Shown: positions 49,830 through 60,857, counted from the stretch's first letter. The stretch: DNA of 64,000 nucleotides from a virus (IMGVR_UViG_3300002920_000062:6123-70122); one strand, 5' to 3'. A program made the numbers and translations. The notes: generated from the letters alone by a model not told the origin.

Positions 49830-51275
49830 TCAAACAATTCGGGTAAAATAGTATACACTATACCCGCAATCATAGATTTTATCATATTGGTCGGCAAATT
49901 CTATGTTTATGTCTTGTTGACTATACCTCCTGCATCCTTTGCTGTAAAACCAAATTGGCTCAATTCTTTCCATTTCTTTAAAACCCAGAGAATGTAAAAT
50001 TTTACTATTAGAATACCTCAAGTCATCATACAATATAATGTCCTTATTATAAGTCATTAACTGGTTTAAAAGCTCGTTCAATTTTCTAGAAGTTATAAAC
50101 TTATCTGGTATGACTTCTATAAAATCATTTATCATTATGTCATTGTGTAGTTCAACATTCTCAGTATCTATTCCAACTTTTGATAAAATCAAATTTTTGA
50201 TACTTGAACTATTATCGTCCCATTCGTCTTGAAAAATTTGTATCAAATCAATTTCAAGATTAGAACAACTGTTGAATTTATCCAAGTGATAATTTTTACC
50301 GCGACCTGATTTATCACCATGCCAATTAAGACCACAAAATTCAATGGCAAAGTTGAATTTTGGAATAAAAAAATCCAATTCTTTGGGTTTGATAATTTTG
50401 CGAGTATTTCTTATATACTCAATGTTATTATCATCTAGCAGCTTGGCAATCAATTCTTCATAATATGAAGGCTTATTTTGAAACTCAATTAGATTATATT
50501 TATTTATACGATGCTCAATTGTTGACCTACAGCAATTCCATCTTATACTAAGCTCATTAATTGAAAATTTTCGTAGCATCAGTGTTAATTGGTCAGGTTC
50601 AAACAATATATCGTAATCATTCTTGAAATTACCTTGAGCGTAATTTAATGAATATTTTTTTCCATCTTGCGCTGTTCTAACATAAGAACGTTGTCCGTTA
50701 TTATTCCTTTTCTTCCAAAATTCTTGAATAGAATATTGAATATTTTCATTTTGAAAGGGATATTCATGACCGGTTTTTTCTTTTAAATTTTCTCTTATTT
50801 TTTGACGAATAGAATAAGACTGTAAAGGATATTCACTGCCGTATTTTTCAAGATTGGTAAATTTACGCTTTTCTTTATTGACTTCACTAAGTTTATTAGT
50901 TTTAAATCTAGCCATCAACGTAGAATACATTTTTTCTTTAATCGCAGAATTTTGATTTGGGTACTCTGTGCCATAACGTTCTAACATAGTGGTAGTATAT
51001 TTTTGCTTTGCACATATACAATGTTTTTCACAACATGAATATCCTTTGGTTAGTCCGTTAAACTTTTTTCTATTTGACTCTGGACAAAAAACATCTTGTT
51101 GAAATAGATAGTATTCTATTTTTTCGATGAATTTGGCCTCTATCTTGTATTTCCAAAAGTCAATTATTTCCTTGTGTAGCTCGGGAAAATTAGATTTTAT
51201 TTTATACTCTAACTTTCCCCAGCCTGCTTTTGGTGTTGAATCAATTATACTACGAAGTTTGTCATGGTTGTTCAT
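49830..51275 (-). mobile_element. Free-standing homing endonuclease (Hef/Vsr-like PD-(D/E)xK)
   Basis: T.LERYG..YP repeats; ELDFFIP..AIEFCGLNWHG; inserted between uvsX and uvsY. Confidence 0.8.
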
Positions 51276-52332
51276 TAGTTAACTGGTCTGTCATATCAGC
51301 ATGTGCTAAACCCAATTCAGAAATTTCTGCCATTACTTTATCTAGGCATCCATCATCATTAGCTTCCCATGCTTTGCGAAACTTCTTGATTTTTGTTCCG
51401 TCTTGTGACGAATACACTAAACTGTTGCCTTCTTTGCTGAGTAATTTCATAGATTCAAACATATCTACTAGACCTGAATAGGGGTTCATTCCAGTATCAT
51501 AAGGAATCTTGATTTGTACAGTTTCGAAGGGCTTTGCATATCGTGTTTTCATTATCTTACATACTGCGCGAATACCTCGAACTTCGCTAATCTTATTACC
51601 CGTCTCATCTTCTTTGAGCTTAAGCTTTTTCATAGCTACCACAATAGAGCTTGCGTATATAAAGCCTTGCCCACCTGCGATTTTATCATCAGGGTCAAAC
51701 ATATCCTGACTGGCGTATGTATGATTTGTAGCAACAAGACCTACATTATAATTACCGAACATATTAACACAGTTACGAACAAGTGCAGTAAGAGCTTTAG
51801 GCTTACGTCCCATATCACCCTTCATATCACCGGATTCGAACTGACTAACGTCGGTTGGAGTAAGTAGCATACCGAGACTATCAATCACAAATAGAACTTT
51901 AGGCTTCTCGTCATCATTGATTTGCTTGTAGCCTTTCATAAACTCACTAATAGTCTTGGCCACATCGTCAATCATAGCCATGTTAAGCTTTAGTAGCTTG
52001 TCCTCGGAAGTGTCGACCCCAAGTGCTTGTAACCAAGTTTCATCAAGCGCGTTTTCGGTATCAATTAGAACTACAAAAATACCTTGTTCTTGGGCATTCT
52101 TTACTAAGTTTCCTGAACAAATGTAGCTCTTACCTGAACCTGATTCGCCCGCAAATACAGTAACCTTACCGAGAGGAATGCCTTTCTTGAAATCACCGCT
52201 AATTCTATAATTTAATGCGTAATTGCCTGTGCTGATCCAATCAGTTGGGTCATTAAAGCCGAAACTAAGACCGTCAATTGACTTAGTTAGGTCGCGACGA
52301 AACTTTGATAAGTCAAATGGACGATTAACCAT
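51262..52332 (-). CDS. uvsX: UvsX/RecA recombinase
   Basis: AGESGSGKS, IDTENA, FVIDSLGM, TNHTY. Confidence 0.95.
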   Translation of the reverse strand: MVNRPFDLSKFRRDLTKSIDGLSFGFNDPTDWISTGNYALNYRISGDFKKGIPLGKVTVFAGESGSGKSYICSGNLVKNAQEQGIFVVLIDTENALDETWLQALGVDTSEDKLLKLNMAMIDDVAKTISEFMKGYKQINDDEKPKVLFVIDSLGMLLTPTDVSQFESGDMKGDMGRKPKALTALVRNCVNMFGNYNVGLVATNHTYASQDMFDPDDKIAGGQGFIYASSIVVAMKKLKLKEDETGNKISEVRGIRAVCKIMKTRYAKPFETVQIKIPYDTGMNPYSGLVDMFESMKLLSKEGNSLVYSSQDGTKIKKFRKAWEANDDGCLDKVMAEISELGLAHADMTDQLTNEQP

Positions 52333-52454
52333 TATTGGATCTCCTTTTATTTTCCCAAGATTGATTTATTTTTTCGCTTATTCTTTGCTTTTGTTCTTCT
52401 GTCATGGGCTTTTTTCCTTTGCCTTTTCTTTCATTTTTTTATGGCATCTTCCGA

Positions 52455-52610
52455 TTAATCAATGTCAATATTTTGAAGATAATCTTTCAATATGCTTCTA
52501 GCTCTGTTTCTTACCGTGCTGGGAACTCTGGGAGTTTTGCCAGGGTCACATAAATCCTCAAGTAATTTTCTTGTCTGTTTTAATGACTCTGTTTTGCCAT
52601 TCTGTTCCAT
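52455..52610 (-). CDS. Small hypothetical protein (51 aa)
   Basis: LLEDLCDPGKTPRVPSTVRNRARSILK; GAGG RBS. Confidence 0.55.
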   Translation of the reverse strand: MEQNGKTESLKQTRKLLEDLCDPGKTPRVPSTVRNRARSILKDYLQNIDID

Positions 52611-52622
52611 AACAACCTCAAA

Positions 52623-52645
52623 TGGGGAGACTAAAGTCTCCCCAT
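52623..52645 (-). terminator. Hairpin after gp32
   Basis: ggggagac-taaa-gtctcccc. Confidence 0.65.
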
Positions 52646-52651
52646 CCTAGA

Positions 52652-53638
52652 TTAGGCCTTGCTCTGACGAGCGCGGATCATTTCAAGAATATCCCTCGCC
52701 TTATCGCTTGAACTTTCTGACTTGGGAACAACAACTTTTTCCTTAGCGGCAGTATCTTCTTCCCAGGGGAGGTGCTCATCGGTTGTGGCATTGATTGTTG
52801 TAGTTCTTTCAGGATTAGGATCAGTTTCCTCTCTTGTAGAAGCTACACCCTCAATTTCTAAACCATATGGCTTATAGTAAGCTCCGAACTTATCAGGGTC
52901 ATAAGGACGACCATCTACTGATGCTTCAAACATTTCCTTGATAACTCTTAATTCAGCTTCGGATGGCTTCTTGGGTAAGAAATTCTTAAGTTCATAAAGA
53001 CCATGCGTTTCAATTGCCGCCAATTCAGCCTCAGTAAGTGCGCTTTCCTTACGTGCCCAACTACTAGTCGTATAGCTTGGATGCTGGCCATTTGGGGTCT
53101 TCTTGATATTAAAGTCAAGACCTCGGACGTAATCAGTTGGCAGCTCTTCAAGTTCAGGATCGATCAACGATGCCCTAATAATATCTTGAATCTGTGTTCT
53201 GATAACAAATCTACGAATAGGATTATCGGGAGTTATATCGTCCTTAAGCGGGTTAACCCTTACAAATCCCTGATAAATATACGAACGCTTTTTCCAGTAC
53301 TTGTTGGCCATATCCTTTAAACTATCATCCTTATACCAGGGACGAATTTCAGTCAAGATAGGGCAGTTTTCACCGTACATTTCCATACACGGTACTTTAA
53401 CAGTAACAACTTTATTGTCTAACTTACCCTTGATTCCGTTAAATGGAAGCTTGATAATTAGACGCTCTACCCAGAAGAAGTCATTGGATGTGTCTCCGTC
53501 AGGTAAAAATCTTATTGTTGCTACTGAACCTTCTGGCATATTCCAAAAAGGGTACAAAGAGTTGTCTAATTCTGGACGATTTTTATTTTTGTTTTGTTCC
53601 GCAGTTAGCCTGGCTCGGATCTCGCTTAGTGTTGGCAT
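52652..53638 (-). CDS. Single-stranded DNA-binding protein (T4 gp32-like)
   Basis: ATIRFLPDG, CMEMYGENCPI, YWKKRSY, GLDFNIKK. Confidence 0.9.
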   Translation of the reverse strand: MPTLSEIRARLTAEQNKNKNRPELDNSLYPFWNMPEGSVATIRFLPDGDTSNDFFWVERLIIKLPFNGIKGKLDNKVVTVKVPCMEMYGENCPILTEIRPWYKDDSLKDMANKYWKKRSYIYQGFVRVNPLKDDITPDNPIRRFVIRTQIQDIIRASLIDPELEELPTDYVRGLDFNIKKTPNGQHPSYTTSSWARKESALTEAELAAIETHGLYELKNFLPKKPSEAELRVIKEMFEASVDGRPYDPDKFGAYYKPYGLEIEGVASTREETDPNPERTTTINATTDEHLPWEEDTAAKEKVVVPKSESSSDKARDILEMIRARQSKA

Positions 53639-53903
53639 TGTTTTCTCCTTTAATGTGTGCCTAATGTTGTGCTTAAGTGTGCTCTTATGTTGTGTTGTAC
53701 GGAGAACAACTGAACATAAGTTATTTTATAACTTATGTTCGCAATATTTACAATGCTTTTGGTAACCATATAATATAGTATTTTAGGTTTTGGATATTTT
53801 TTATTATATTATTTCTTTAATACACATTTATTACAGAGGTAAACCAATTAAATTGAGACTAACTTTACTTTACGAATGTGTTCTGTGTTTTTGTTGCTGC
53901 TTT

Positions 53904-54947
53904 CTATATGGATTCTATGTCATCAATTTCATCAAGCTCTAACTTCTCATTAACGATACTGTCTGCCCACTCTGAAATAGCATTAGAAATATTGGGTGAC
54001 TTGTCTTTTAGTTTGGACAATATTGGTATTACACTTTCAATTCTAGGATCAATCATTTCCTGAACAAATAATTCATTAATGGTTTCATCCAGACTGTCTT
54101 CCATTAGAGTGGGAGTCCACTCTTCAAAATAAGTATGATAACCTTTATGACTGGCTAGTTTGCCAAGTGTTTTTCTTAAATTTTGATAATATTCAATTCC
54201 ATTCTCAATAAGCTTTTGTGCTGCCTCATTGAACTCTTTGTTCTTGATAGCTCTCACAAATCTTCCTAGCTTGCTGTATTCTTCGCAGATACCTTTAATA
54301 TGATTCCATTTGTCATCATTCGGTAAGCCACCCTCTGCAATATGGCGAGCATATACCTTAGCCAATCCAGTCCGATTGGTTGGGGCGAGGAATCTTTCAC
54401 CGTCAGTGTTTTCCAAGAAGATTCTAGCCACGCTACGATAACGCTGTTCACCTTCCTCAAGATTGCGACTATGCTGTAGAATAATCTTCACAGTAGGGAT
54501 ATCATCGTTGTATGATGTCTTCTTATTGATAGGATAATAAGACTCACCAAGCTTAGCTTTTTCCTTGAAGTATCGGCGTTGCTTCATGTCATCACTTAGT
54601 CTGTCTTTGTTGGCTAGTTCAAATCCTAGCTGCCTACGTTGGGCCCAAGATTTCAAGTGCTTTAAGAAGCCAGTCCAAGTATCGTCAAATATAGAACCCG
54701 GAGTAGGGTTGTTGGGGCTTTTTCGCTGTTTTTCGCTGTAATATACAACAATTTTTTTAGCGTCTTCTACACTAATCCAAACTTTGCCGTAGTCTATTCC
54801 ATCTTTCTTGAACGAAAACTCTATAACGTCTGCTTCCTGGCTGGCAGGAACTCTTTGGTTTTGGTCATTTAAGGGGATGGGTTGATAACCCCTTACTTTC
54901 AATAGATCGTATAAATCTTTGTTGAAGGTTTCAATATTTTGTGCCAT
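53904..54947 (-). CDS. Late hypothetical (structural) protein
   Basis: TAAATA 5 nt before ATG; IFLENTDGERF. Confidence 0.7.
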   Translation of the reverse strand: MAQNIETFNKDLYDLLKVRGYQPIPLNDQNQRVPASQEADVIEFSFKKDGIDYGKVWISVEDAKKIVVYYSEKQRKSPNNPTPGSIFDDTWTGFLKHLKSWAQRRQLGFELANKDRLSDDMKQRRYFKEKAKLGESYYPINKKTSYNDDIPTVKIILQHSRNLEEGEQRYRSVARIFLENTDGERFLAPTNRTGLAKVYARHIAEGGLPNDDKWNHIKGICEEYSKLGRFVRAIKNKEFNEAAQKLIENGIEYYQNLRKTLGKLASHKGYHTYFEEWTPTLMEDSLDETINELFVQEMIDPRIESVIPILSKLKDKSPNISNAISEWADSIVNEKLELDEIDDIESI

Positions 54948-54965
54948 ATATTTATTTATACAAAC

Positions 54966-56972
54966 TTAGTTTAGTACTGCAAAGAAAGGAAGCGGTTGTA
55001 TTATTTCGTCATGATCTCGTATTCTTGCTTCTAACTCTCCGTGATAATCAGCTAGCTGTGTCATCATCCTGACTGATAGAATAGTAGCCATAACCAAATC
55101 ATCAGTTTCGCCCACTTTTGCACTATAGCTATTAGTTGAATTTGCTACGAACGTTTTCAATTCCGATATTAACGCTTTGCTGTAAACCTTCATTTTCTTT
55201 GACTCAATTAAGGTTTTTAGTTTAGCACATGCTCTAAGTTTTGGTTTATTAGTAGTATTGAATCCTTTTCTACCCTTACCTGGTTCACTCAAAAATATCC
55301 CAGGAATATTGCTTTCGCTATATTCATTAAGTGATACAATTGCTGCCTCACCGATGCCATTGTTCTCAATAGAATAATAGATGTTATTTGGTTCTTGCGT
55401 TTGTTCATTGATATGTTTACATATCTCAGCTAATAATTTGATCTGGTTAGGAATATCTGTTTTATTATGTGTCCATTCACCTATTTGTTCGGTTGTTCCT
55501 GCATCATATATTTGTATAGCTGCTGGGTCTCCTCCTGTGCCTAGACTAGGATCTAATGCTACAGTATAAATGCTTCCCTTACGGATATCTCTGTACCACC
55601 TGACCTGTCCCATCCTACTCACAGGTTCAATGCCCTCAAGTTCGATTAGAGTGCTGGGATTTATCAATGTTTCATCTGCAATCAAGAACTCACAATTCGA
55701 GGCTAGGACTCGGTTAGCATAAAATCTTTTATTTTCTCCGACATTTACTATATCATATACAATTGTCTTTTTGCCATCGGATATTTTCTTTACTGGCAAA
55801 AGTCCATCAACGGTTGTCACTAACTGACCTACATTTAACTGACATGCTGGTATTTTATTAAAATTATCATCATATATTTCATGGTCTGGTGTAACTTTTA
55901 ATTTTTCATCACCTACGGTTATTTCTAATGTTGGAGCTATACCCTTTTCTAAAATACCTTCAAATGTCTGCCATCCAGTATCAGTAAGTATTTTCAACCC
56001 TAATATGTTTTTTAGAAACTCTTCCTCCCTTAAACTGTCTATCTTCTTTTCCGTTTTTAATATTTTTGCCAGTTCTTCTATTGTAACATCAAATACTTTA
56101 CCAGTTTTATCTCTGAGAGTTACCTTAGTGTCACCTGCGAAACAAAGCACCTCTCGTCTAAATCTGTCGTCACCGAGCTTAGCACGCATTTCCTTTTCAT
56201 AAGTTTCATCGCGCTCAGGATGCTCATACCAGTAAGCACGATATGCCTTAAAACCATTGATACCAAGTTCTGTGGTATTACCGAATTCATCTACAGTTTT
56301 GTTTGCTCCCTTCCAAATAAGAGCAAATTGATCTTCATCACTGTTGGGAGTTGATGTAATAATACACTTACCACCTGTTGATAAAGTAGGTGTAATAGAA
56401 GTCCAAAACTCTGTCGCAATACTTGGTCTAACGAACGCAAATTCGTCGATATACAGTAAAGTGATAGACATACCGCGGCCGGTATTTTCAGTAGTAGTAG
56501 CACTTACAATTCTTGATCCATTATCAAAGTCAATCGAGCCCTTGTTATAGGTAGTACAACCTGCCTTAATATAATCGGGACAGTTTTCATATGCATACCT
56601 AATTCGGTGCATAATTTCTTGGGCGCCTGCATATTTATGCGCTGCAATTAAAATTGTGCTGTCTGGTACAAACATAGCATACCATAACAAATATCCAGCA
56701 GCACTTGTAGATTTTCCAGTCTGTCTGGGCATTAGTGAAATGCTGTTACGATAATTATGATAAGTGTGTATAAGTCTTCTCTGAAAATCCCAAGGACGAT
56801 AATTGATCGAACCTTTAGTAGGATGCTGTATCATAAAAAAATTATCCATGAAATACATTGGCCCAGTTACTGGATCACAACATTTCATAAAATGATCAAG
56901 TTGGTCTTGATTTTCAAAGACAGTTTTAGAATATGGTTCTTTTACTAGTGCTGGCGTATTATTTTTAGACAT
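54966..56972 (-). CDS. Terminase large subunit (gp17-like) with intein
   Basis: PRQTGKS Walker A, YIDEFAF Walker B, ITSTPN, ALDPS, DDLVMA. Confidence 0.95.
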   Translation of the reverse strand: MSKNNTPALVKEPYSKTVFENQDQLDHFMKCCDPVTGPMYFMDNFFMIQHPTKGSINYRPWDFQRRLIHTYHNYRNSISLMPRQTGKSTSAAGYLLWYAMFVPDSTILIAAHKYAGAQEIMHRIRYAYENCPDYIKAGCTTYNKGSIDFDNGSRIVSATTTENTGRGMSITLLYIDEFAFVRPSIATEFWTSITPTLSTGGKCIITSTPNSDEDQFALIWKGANKTVDEFGNTTELGINGFKAYRAYWYEHPERDETYEKEMRAKLGDDRFRREVLCFAGDTKVTLRDKTGKVFDVTIEELAKILKTEKKIDSLREEEFLKNILGLKILTDTGWQTFEGILEKGIAPTLEITVGDEKLKVTPDHEIYDDNFNKIPACQLNVGQLVTTVDGLLPVKKISDGKKTIVYDIVNVGENKRFYANRVLASNCEFLIADETLINPSTLIELEGIEPVSRMGQVRWYRDIRKGSIYTVALDPSLGTGGDPAAIQIYDAGTTEQIGEWTHNKTDIPNQIKLLAEICKHINEQTQEPNNIYYSIENNGIGEAAIVSLNEYSESNIPGIFLSEPGKGRKGFNTTNKPKLRACAKLKTLIESKKMKVYSKALISELKTFVANSTNSYSAKVGETDDLVMATILSVRMMTQLADYHGELEARIRDHDEIIQPLPFFAVLN
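55695..56144 (-). mobile_element. 150-aa mini-intein in terminase
   Basis: CFAGDT block A, TPDH block B, VYDI block F, ASN/C junction; no endonuclease. Confidence 0.92.
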
Positions 56973-57007
56973 ATATACCCAATAGTTTTTATACTATTGA
57001 GTATTTA

Positions 57008-57703
57008 TTATCTAATGTCTAAAGGGCAGGTCTTTGTAGCCAATATGCAGAAATACTTCTCTTTAACTGTTTTAGTTTCATCAGTGTCATTACCAACCGG
57101 GACATTCAAATCAAACTCTAAATTGTTGAAGATATTGATTTCAAAACCACATCTTATCAATAGCGCACCAAGTTGGTTAGATCCAAAAATGCTATAGTGA
57201 TTGGGATTGAACTCATGTAGTCTATCACAGTCAGGTGCAGGGACTTCAATATAAATCTTGGAGCCTTGCTTTAAAAGACGATTGTATTCCATCAAGCTAA
57301 AAATTGGATAGGGACTATGCTCTAACGCATGACGTAAAAAGATAAAATCTACTGATTCATCAATAAATCCGTCTGTATGAGGTAAGAAAGTCAAATCGTA
57401 CTTCTTGATAGTATGCCCTTTATCCTCGCAAATCTTGATATCACCAGGACTCAAGGTTACCCCTATAACATTAGTATATCCTCTAGACTTCATTTCGTCT
57501 AAGAAATACCCTGGACCACACCCCAAGTCTAAAATATGTGCATCTTTGGGAAGATTCAGTGGATCGACATAAGTATGTACTACTTGAGTAGTAAGTTCCT
57601 TATGAAACTGGCTATCACCCTCGTCATATATGTGGTTGGTATAGAGATACTCATTGTACATCTTGAGTTTTATTAGGTCGAGCGTGTTGTTAATGTCTAT
57701 CAT
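57008..57703 (-). CDS. Class I SAM-dependent methyltransferase
   Basis: ILDLGCGPG, RHALEHS, YIEVP. Confidence 0.9.
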   Translation of the reverse strand: MIDINNTLDLIKLKMYNEYLYTNHIYDEGDSQFHKELTTQVVHTYVDPLNLPKDAHILDLGCGPGYFLDEMKSRGYTNVIGVTLSPGDIKICEDKGHTIKKYDLTFLPHTDGFIDESVDFIFLRHALEHSPYPIFSLMEYNRLLKQGSKIYIEVPAPDCDRLHEFNPNHYSIFGSNQLGALLIRCGFEINIFNNLEFDLNVPVGNDTDETKTVKEKYFCILATKTCPLDIR

Positions 57704-57737
57704 GTAAATATTTAGCTAGCAAAAACGACTGATAAAA

Positions 57738-58100
57738 TTATTTAGGATATCCTTTGAACCCTTTTATCGGGCTTTGTGTATTTGTGCTGGCTAGTTCTTC
57801 GCTAGAATCATCGCCGTGGTTGAGGTCTTCCCACTTAGCTCCAACTGATTGGTATGCCAACTTAAGCATGTTTTCTTCTTCTTTAGTATAAGGGTGTGCT
57901 GATTTGAATTTTCCTATCCAAGAATCCTTGTGAGCAAACCCAAGTTCTTTGTCGCTTGCCCCGGCTACAGCCATCATAACTCTGTTCATAACGTAATCAC
58001 TATTGAAACGTTCTTTGTCGGCATAAATATGCAGGCCGCGAGTGGGATATTTCAATCGTTTGGGCATTTTATCTTCGTTTATGAACTCGCTAGCTCTCAT
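57738..58100 (-). CDS. Putative internal head protein
   Basis: TAAATA; MRASEFINE N-terminus. Confidence 0.7.
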   Translation of the reverse strand: MRASEFINEDKMPKRLKYPTRGLHIYADKERFNSDYVMNRVMMAVAGASDKELGFAHKDSWIGKFKSAHPYTKEEENMLKLAYQSVGAKWEDLNHGDDSSEELASTNTQSPIKGFKGYPK

Positions 58101-58107
58101 AGTAGTA

Positions 58108-58231
58108 TTTATATAAGTTTGTAACTTTCACCGTCTTTAATGAGAGCAAATTCATAAATAAGAATCTTGGAACTAATATTCTTTGCTGCTATCTGACGAT
58201 TGTATTCCAATAGGAATTCTTTTGCTCTTAT
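58108..58231 (-). pseudogene. Internally deleted third paralogue of 58228..59514
   Basis: 68 bp matching 59444-59511 (1 mismatch) fused in frame to a short C-terminus; ATG changed to ATA. Confidence 0.7.
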
Positions 58232-59514
58232 TTACCGTGATACCTTAATTTTGGTATACCGTTTACAATTTGTATGGTATACTTATTAATAAAATCACCT
58301 AGTTCCCTTTTTAATTCTGCAATGCGATATGCTTTTCCTTTTTGGGCTTCAAATTCTAAACCGTAAATTAAATAACGCACAATTATGTTTGGCATATCAG
58401 TTGCTTTTGTCCAGCCCCATTTGCCACCATACTTGATAAAATCATCGTAATCGTCAAATATTCCCATGATTTGGTTATATACGTTTTTTGCATTTGGGTT
58501 ATACTCCATATAAGTTAGGCCCGCTTGTTCAACACGATTCCAGTCTATTTCTCCGTCGTCATCAACAAAACCTTTATCATAAAGATACATACGATAATCG
58601 TCATCATTGATTCCCCAATCTTTTATAAATTTCCATAACAGTTCTTGTATCTTATCTTTTGCTAACTCAACGTAGGGCTTAAGTTCTTCTTTAGTCATTA
58701 AGAAAGTATGGTTAGCTAGTTCCGGTCTAGTTGTTTTGAAAAACCCCATTACGTCTTCACCGAAGCGTTTATTTAGTAAAAAATCGGCATCTACCCCCAA
58801 ATCATTTTCATCCATGAAACTACATGTTTCAAAATGAATTTGATACTTTTCCCCATTATGCTGGGGTCTCTTTGGTATTAAGATATAAAGCGGTCCCATT
58901 CGGTTATACTGACTAAAATAGTTGTGGCTATGGACCGCTGAGGTACACCAGCGAGTTCCTTTGCCATACTTACATGCTGCCGCTTCGTTTTGGGGGACAA
59001 CAATCAAAACTTCTTCGTTCTCAAATACCTTTTTAGCTTGTGGCTTTTCAGTTTCATCTTCTTCTGTGCCAAATATCTCATCCAAATCATAATTATTAAA
59101 CATTACATTTTCAAATTCTTGGTATGTCTTGAATTTATTAATGTCTTTGTGTTCTGGTTTTATAAGTTTTCGCTTTTTACCTATTTCATACATACCAATC
59201 ATATTGTGCCTATTTAGGTCTTCATACTTGATGTTTCCTTTAGAATACATTCTAGCTAGCCACTGAGTATATTGTTTATTAGAGGTAGGGTCTTTAAGCT
59301 CAATTGCTGCCAATATTACTTCAATGGCTTTGGTTTGGTCAAGTTTTTCAATTGTGCCATTTTTGGTCATCTCATTTATCATATTAGCAAGTTCAGACAT
59401 TTCTCTTGGCATTTCAACTGAAGTATCGGCTATAAGTGCCTGAAGAATCTTGGAACTAATATTCTTTGCTGCTATCTGACGATTGTATTCTAATAGGAAT
59501 TCTTTTGCTCTCAT
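58228..59514 (-). CDS. Putative internal head protein, PcfJ-like core (paralogue A)
   Basis: MRAKEFLLE; DPTSNKQY..AACKYGKGTRWCT. Confidence 0.75.
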   Translation of the reverse strand: MRAKEFLLEYNRQIAAKNISSKILQALIADTSVEMPREMSELANMINEMTKNGTIEKLDQTKAIEVILAAIELKDPTSNKQYTQWLARMYSKGNIKYEDLNRHNMIGMYEIGKKRKLIKPEHKDINKFKTYQEFENVMFNNYDLDEIFGTEEDETEKPQAKKVFENEEVLIVVPQNEAAACKYGKGTRWCTSAVHSHNYFSQYNRMGPLYILIPKRPQHNGEKYQIHFETCSFMDENDLGVDADFLLNKRFGEDVMGFFKTTRPELANHTFLMTKEELKPYVELAKDKIQELLWKFIKDWGINDDDYRMYLYDKGFVDDDGEIDWNRVEQAGLTYMEYNPNAKNVYNQIMGIFDDYDDFIKYGGKWGWTKATDMPNIIVRYLIYGLEFEAQKGKAYRIAELKRELGDFINKYTIQIVNGIPKLRYHGK

Positions 59515-60857
59515 TTTCTACCGACCTTCATGAATCTATGATATTTAGTCTCAGGGTCTTCAAGTTCTCTTTTGCTTAGTAGGATTGTCTTACTTAGAGG
59601 AAATAGTTCATCAAACTCTTCTAAACTATCTGTTTTAATTAACACATTTTCAACATTATCTCTTGCTTGAAATAAGCATAGGGTATTATCAGGAATATTA
59701 AGCAAGAATAAAGGGCCTGTTTCATTACAACTGGTATTGACAATTACACTGTCTTTTTCATACACCACATCTTCTAAGTTTTGTCTAAGTATGATAAGCT
59801 TGCCGTGTTTATCAATGTTAGACAATAGTTTTTTACTCTTAGCTGCCACTTCTTCGTCAGGCTCAACCAATACTAAATTGCGATAATTTATTCCAGCTTT
59901 TTCTATGAATAACCCCATATTCCCATACCAGCTACCCAAAATGTAAATATTATTGGGCTTCTTGTTTGCTAATAGCTTTGACAAGACCTTTACTAACCAT
60001 TCTTTGCTCTTTATCAAATCTGAAGTAAAACTTCCCTCAATGGTATCAGGACTTGCCTCGTCAATGTATTTGTAATTTTCTTTTTTAGCAAAGCTGTCAG
60101 ACTTTTCTTGCCCAATATATGCCGGTATAAATGAATAGCCCAATCTTGCATAAGCATTTGCCCTATGAATGCCGTCAATAACCGATTGGTTATAAGGGTC
60201 AAATACAATGGGGGGCATAGTATTAGGACTATCCTTAATATAGTCAATATAATCTTTTACTAAGTTTTCATCAACGTAATATTCATTTAGGTTGATGATA
60301 GATAGTTCAAGTTCAGTAAGAACATAGCTGTTGAACCAATATATTCTATCAGTTAGATCACCTTTTGAAAAATCTCGCTCGTCTCTGTGTATAATCTGGA
60401 CCATTCTATCTAAATCACCAGGGTTAATTTGTTTAGGGTAATGTATCTTGTTCTCGGTTAAAACATCATCTACTTGGAATACAGCATAATAAATAGGGTA
60501 CTCTTCATCACCTGTCAACCCGCTGTCAATCGGGAAGTTACCATTTTCTCGTTGTATGAAATCTCGCAAAACTTCGTCGTAAATATCTTCGTACCGTTCT
60601 AAGTGTCGTGGATCTTCAGGGGGCAAATAGGTTCTATCTTGGGCGCTTTGTATACGCATGTCGGTAAAGCCTTCAAAATGAACATGGTAAGGCCCAATCT
60701 TTTCCATACCAACATCACTGGGGCTCAAGTTATTTAGAAACTCTTCAATTGCTTTGTTATAGTTGTTAGAAATTGCTCTCTTACTTTCGTGAAGGACTAC
60801 TCTTCTCTTTTCAATTTCTAGCCTTGTTATAAAGTCCATTAGTTTATAATTTTCCAT
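59511..60857 (-). CDS. Multidomain protein: unknown + ParB-like + methyltransferase-like
   Basis: PPIV..VIDGIHRANA; YILGSWYG..VNTSCNE. Confidence 0.75.
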   Translation of the reverse strand: MENYKLMDFITRLEIEKRRVVLHESKRAISNNYNKAIEEFLNNLSPSDVGMEKIGPYHVHFEGFTDMRIQSAQDRTYLPPEDPRHLERYEDIYDEVLRDFIQRENGNFPIDSGLTGDEEYPIYYAVFQVDDVLTENKIHYPKQINPGDLDRMVQIIHRDERDFSKGDLTDRIYWFNSYVLTELELSIINLNEYYVDENLVKDYIDYIKDSPNTMPPIVFDPYNQSVIDGIHRANAYARLGYSFIPAYIGQEKSDSFAKKENYKYIDEASPDTIEGSFTSDLIKSKEWLVKVLSKLLANKKPNNIYILGSWYGNMGLFIEKAGINYRNLVLVEPDEEVAAKSKKLLSNIDKHGKLIILRQNLEDVVYEKDSVIVNTSCNETGPLFLLNIPDNTLCLFQARDNVENVLIKTDSLEEFDELFPLSKTILLSKRELEDPETKYHRFMKVGRK

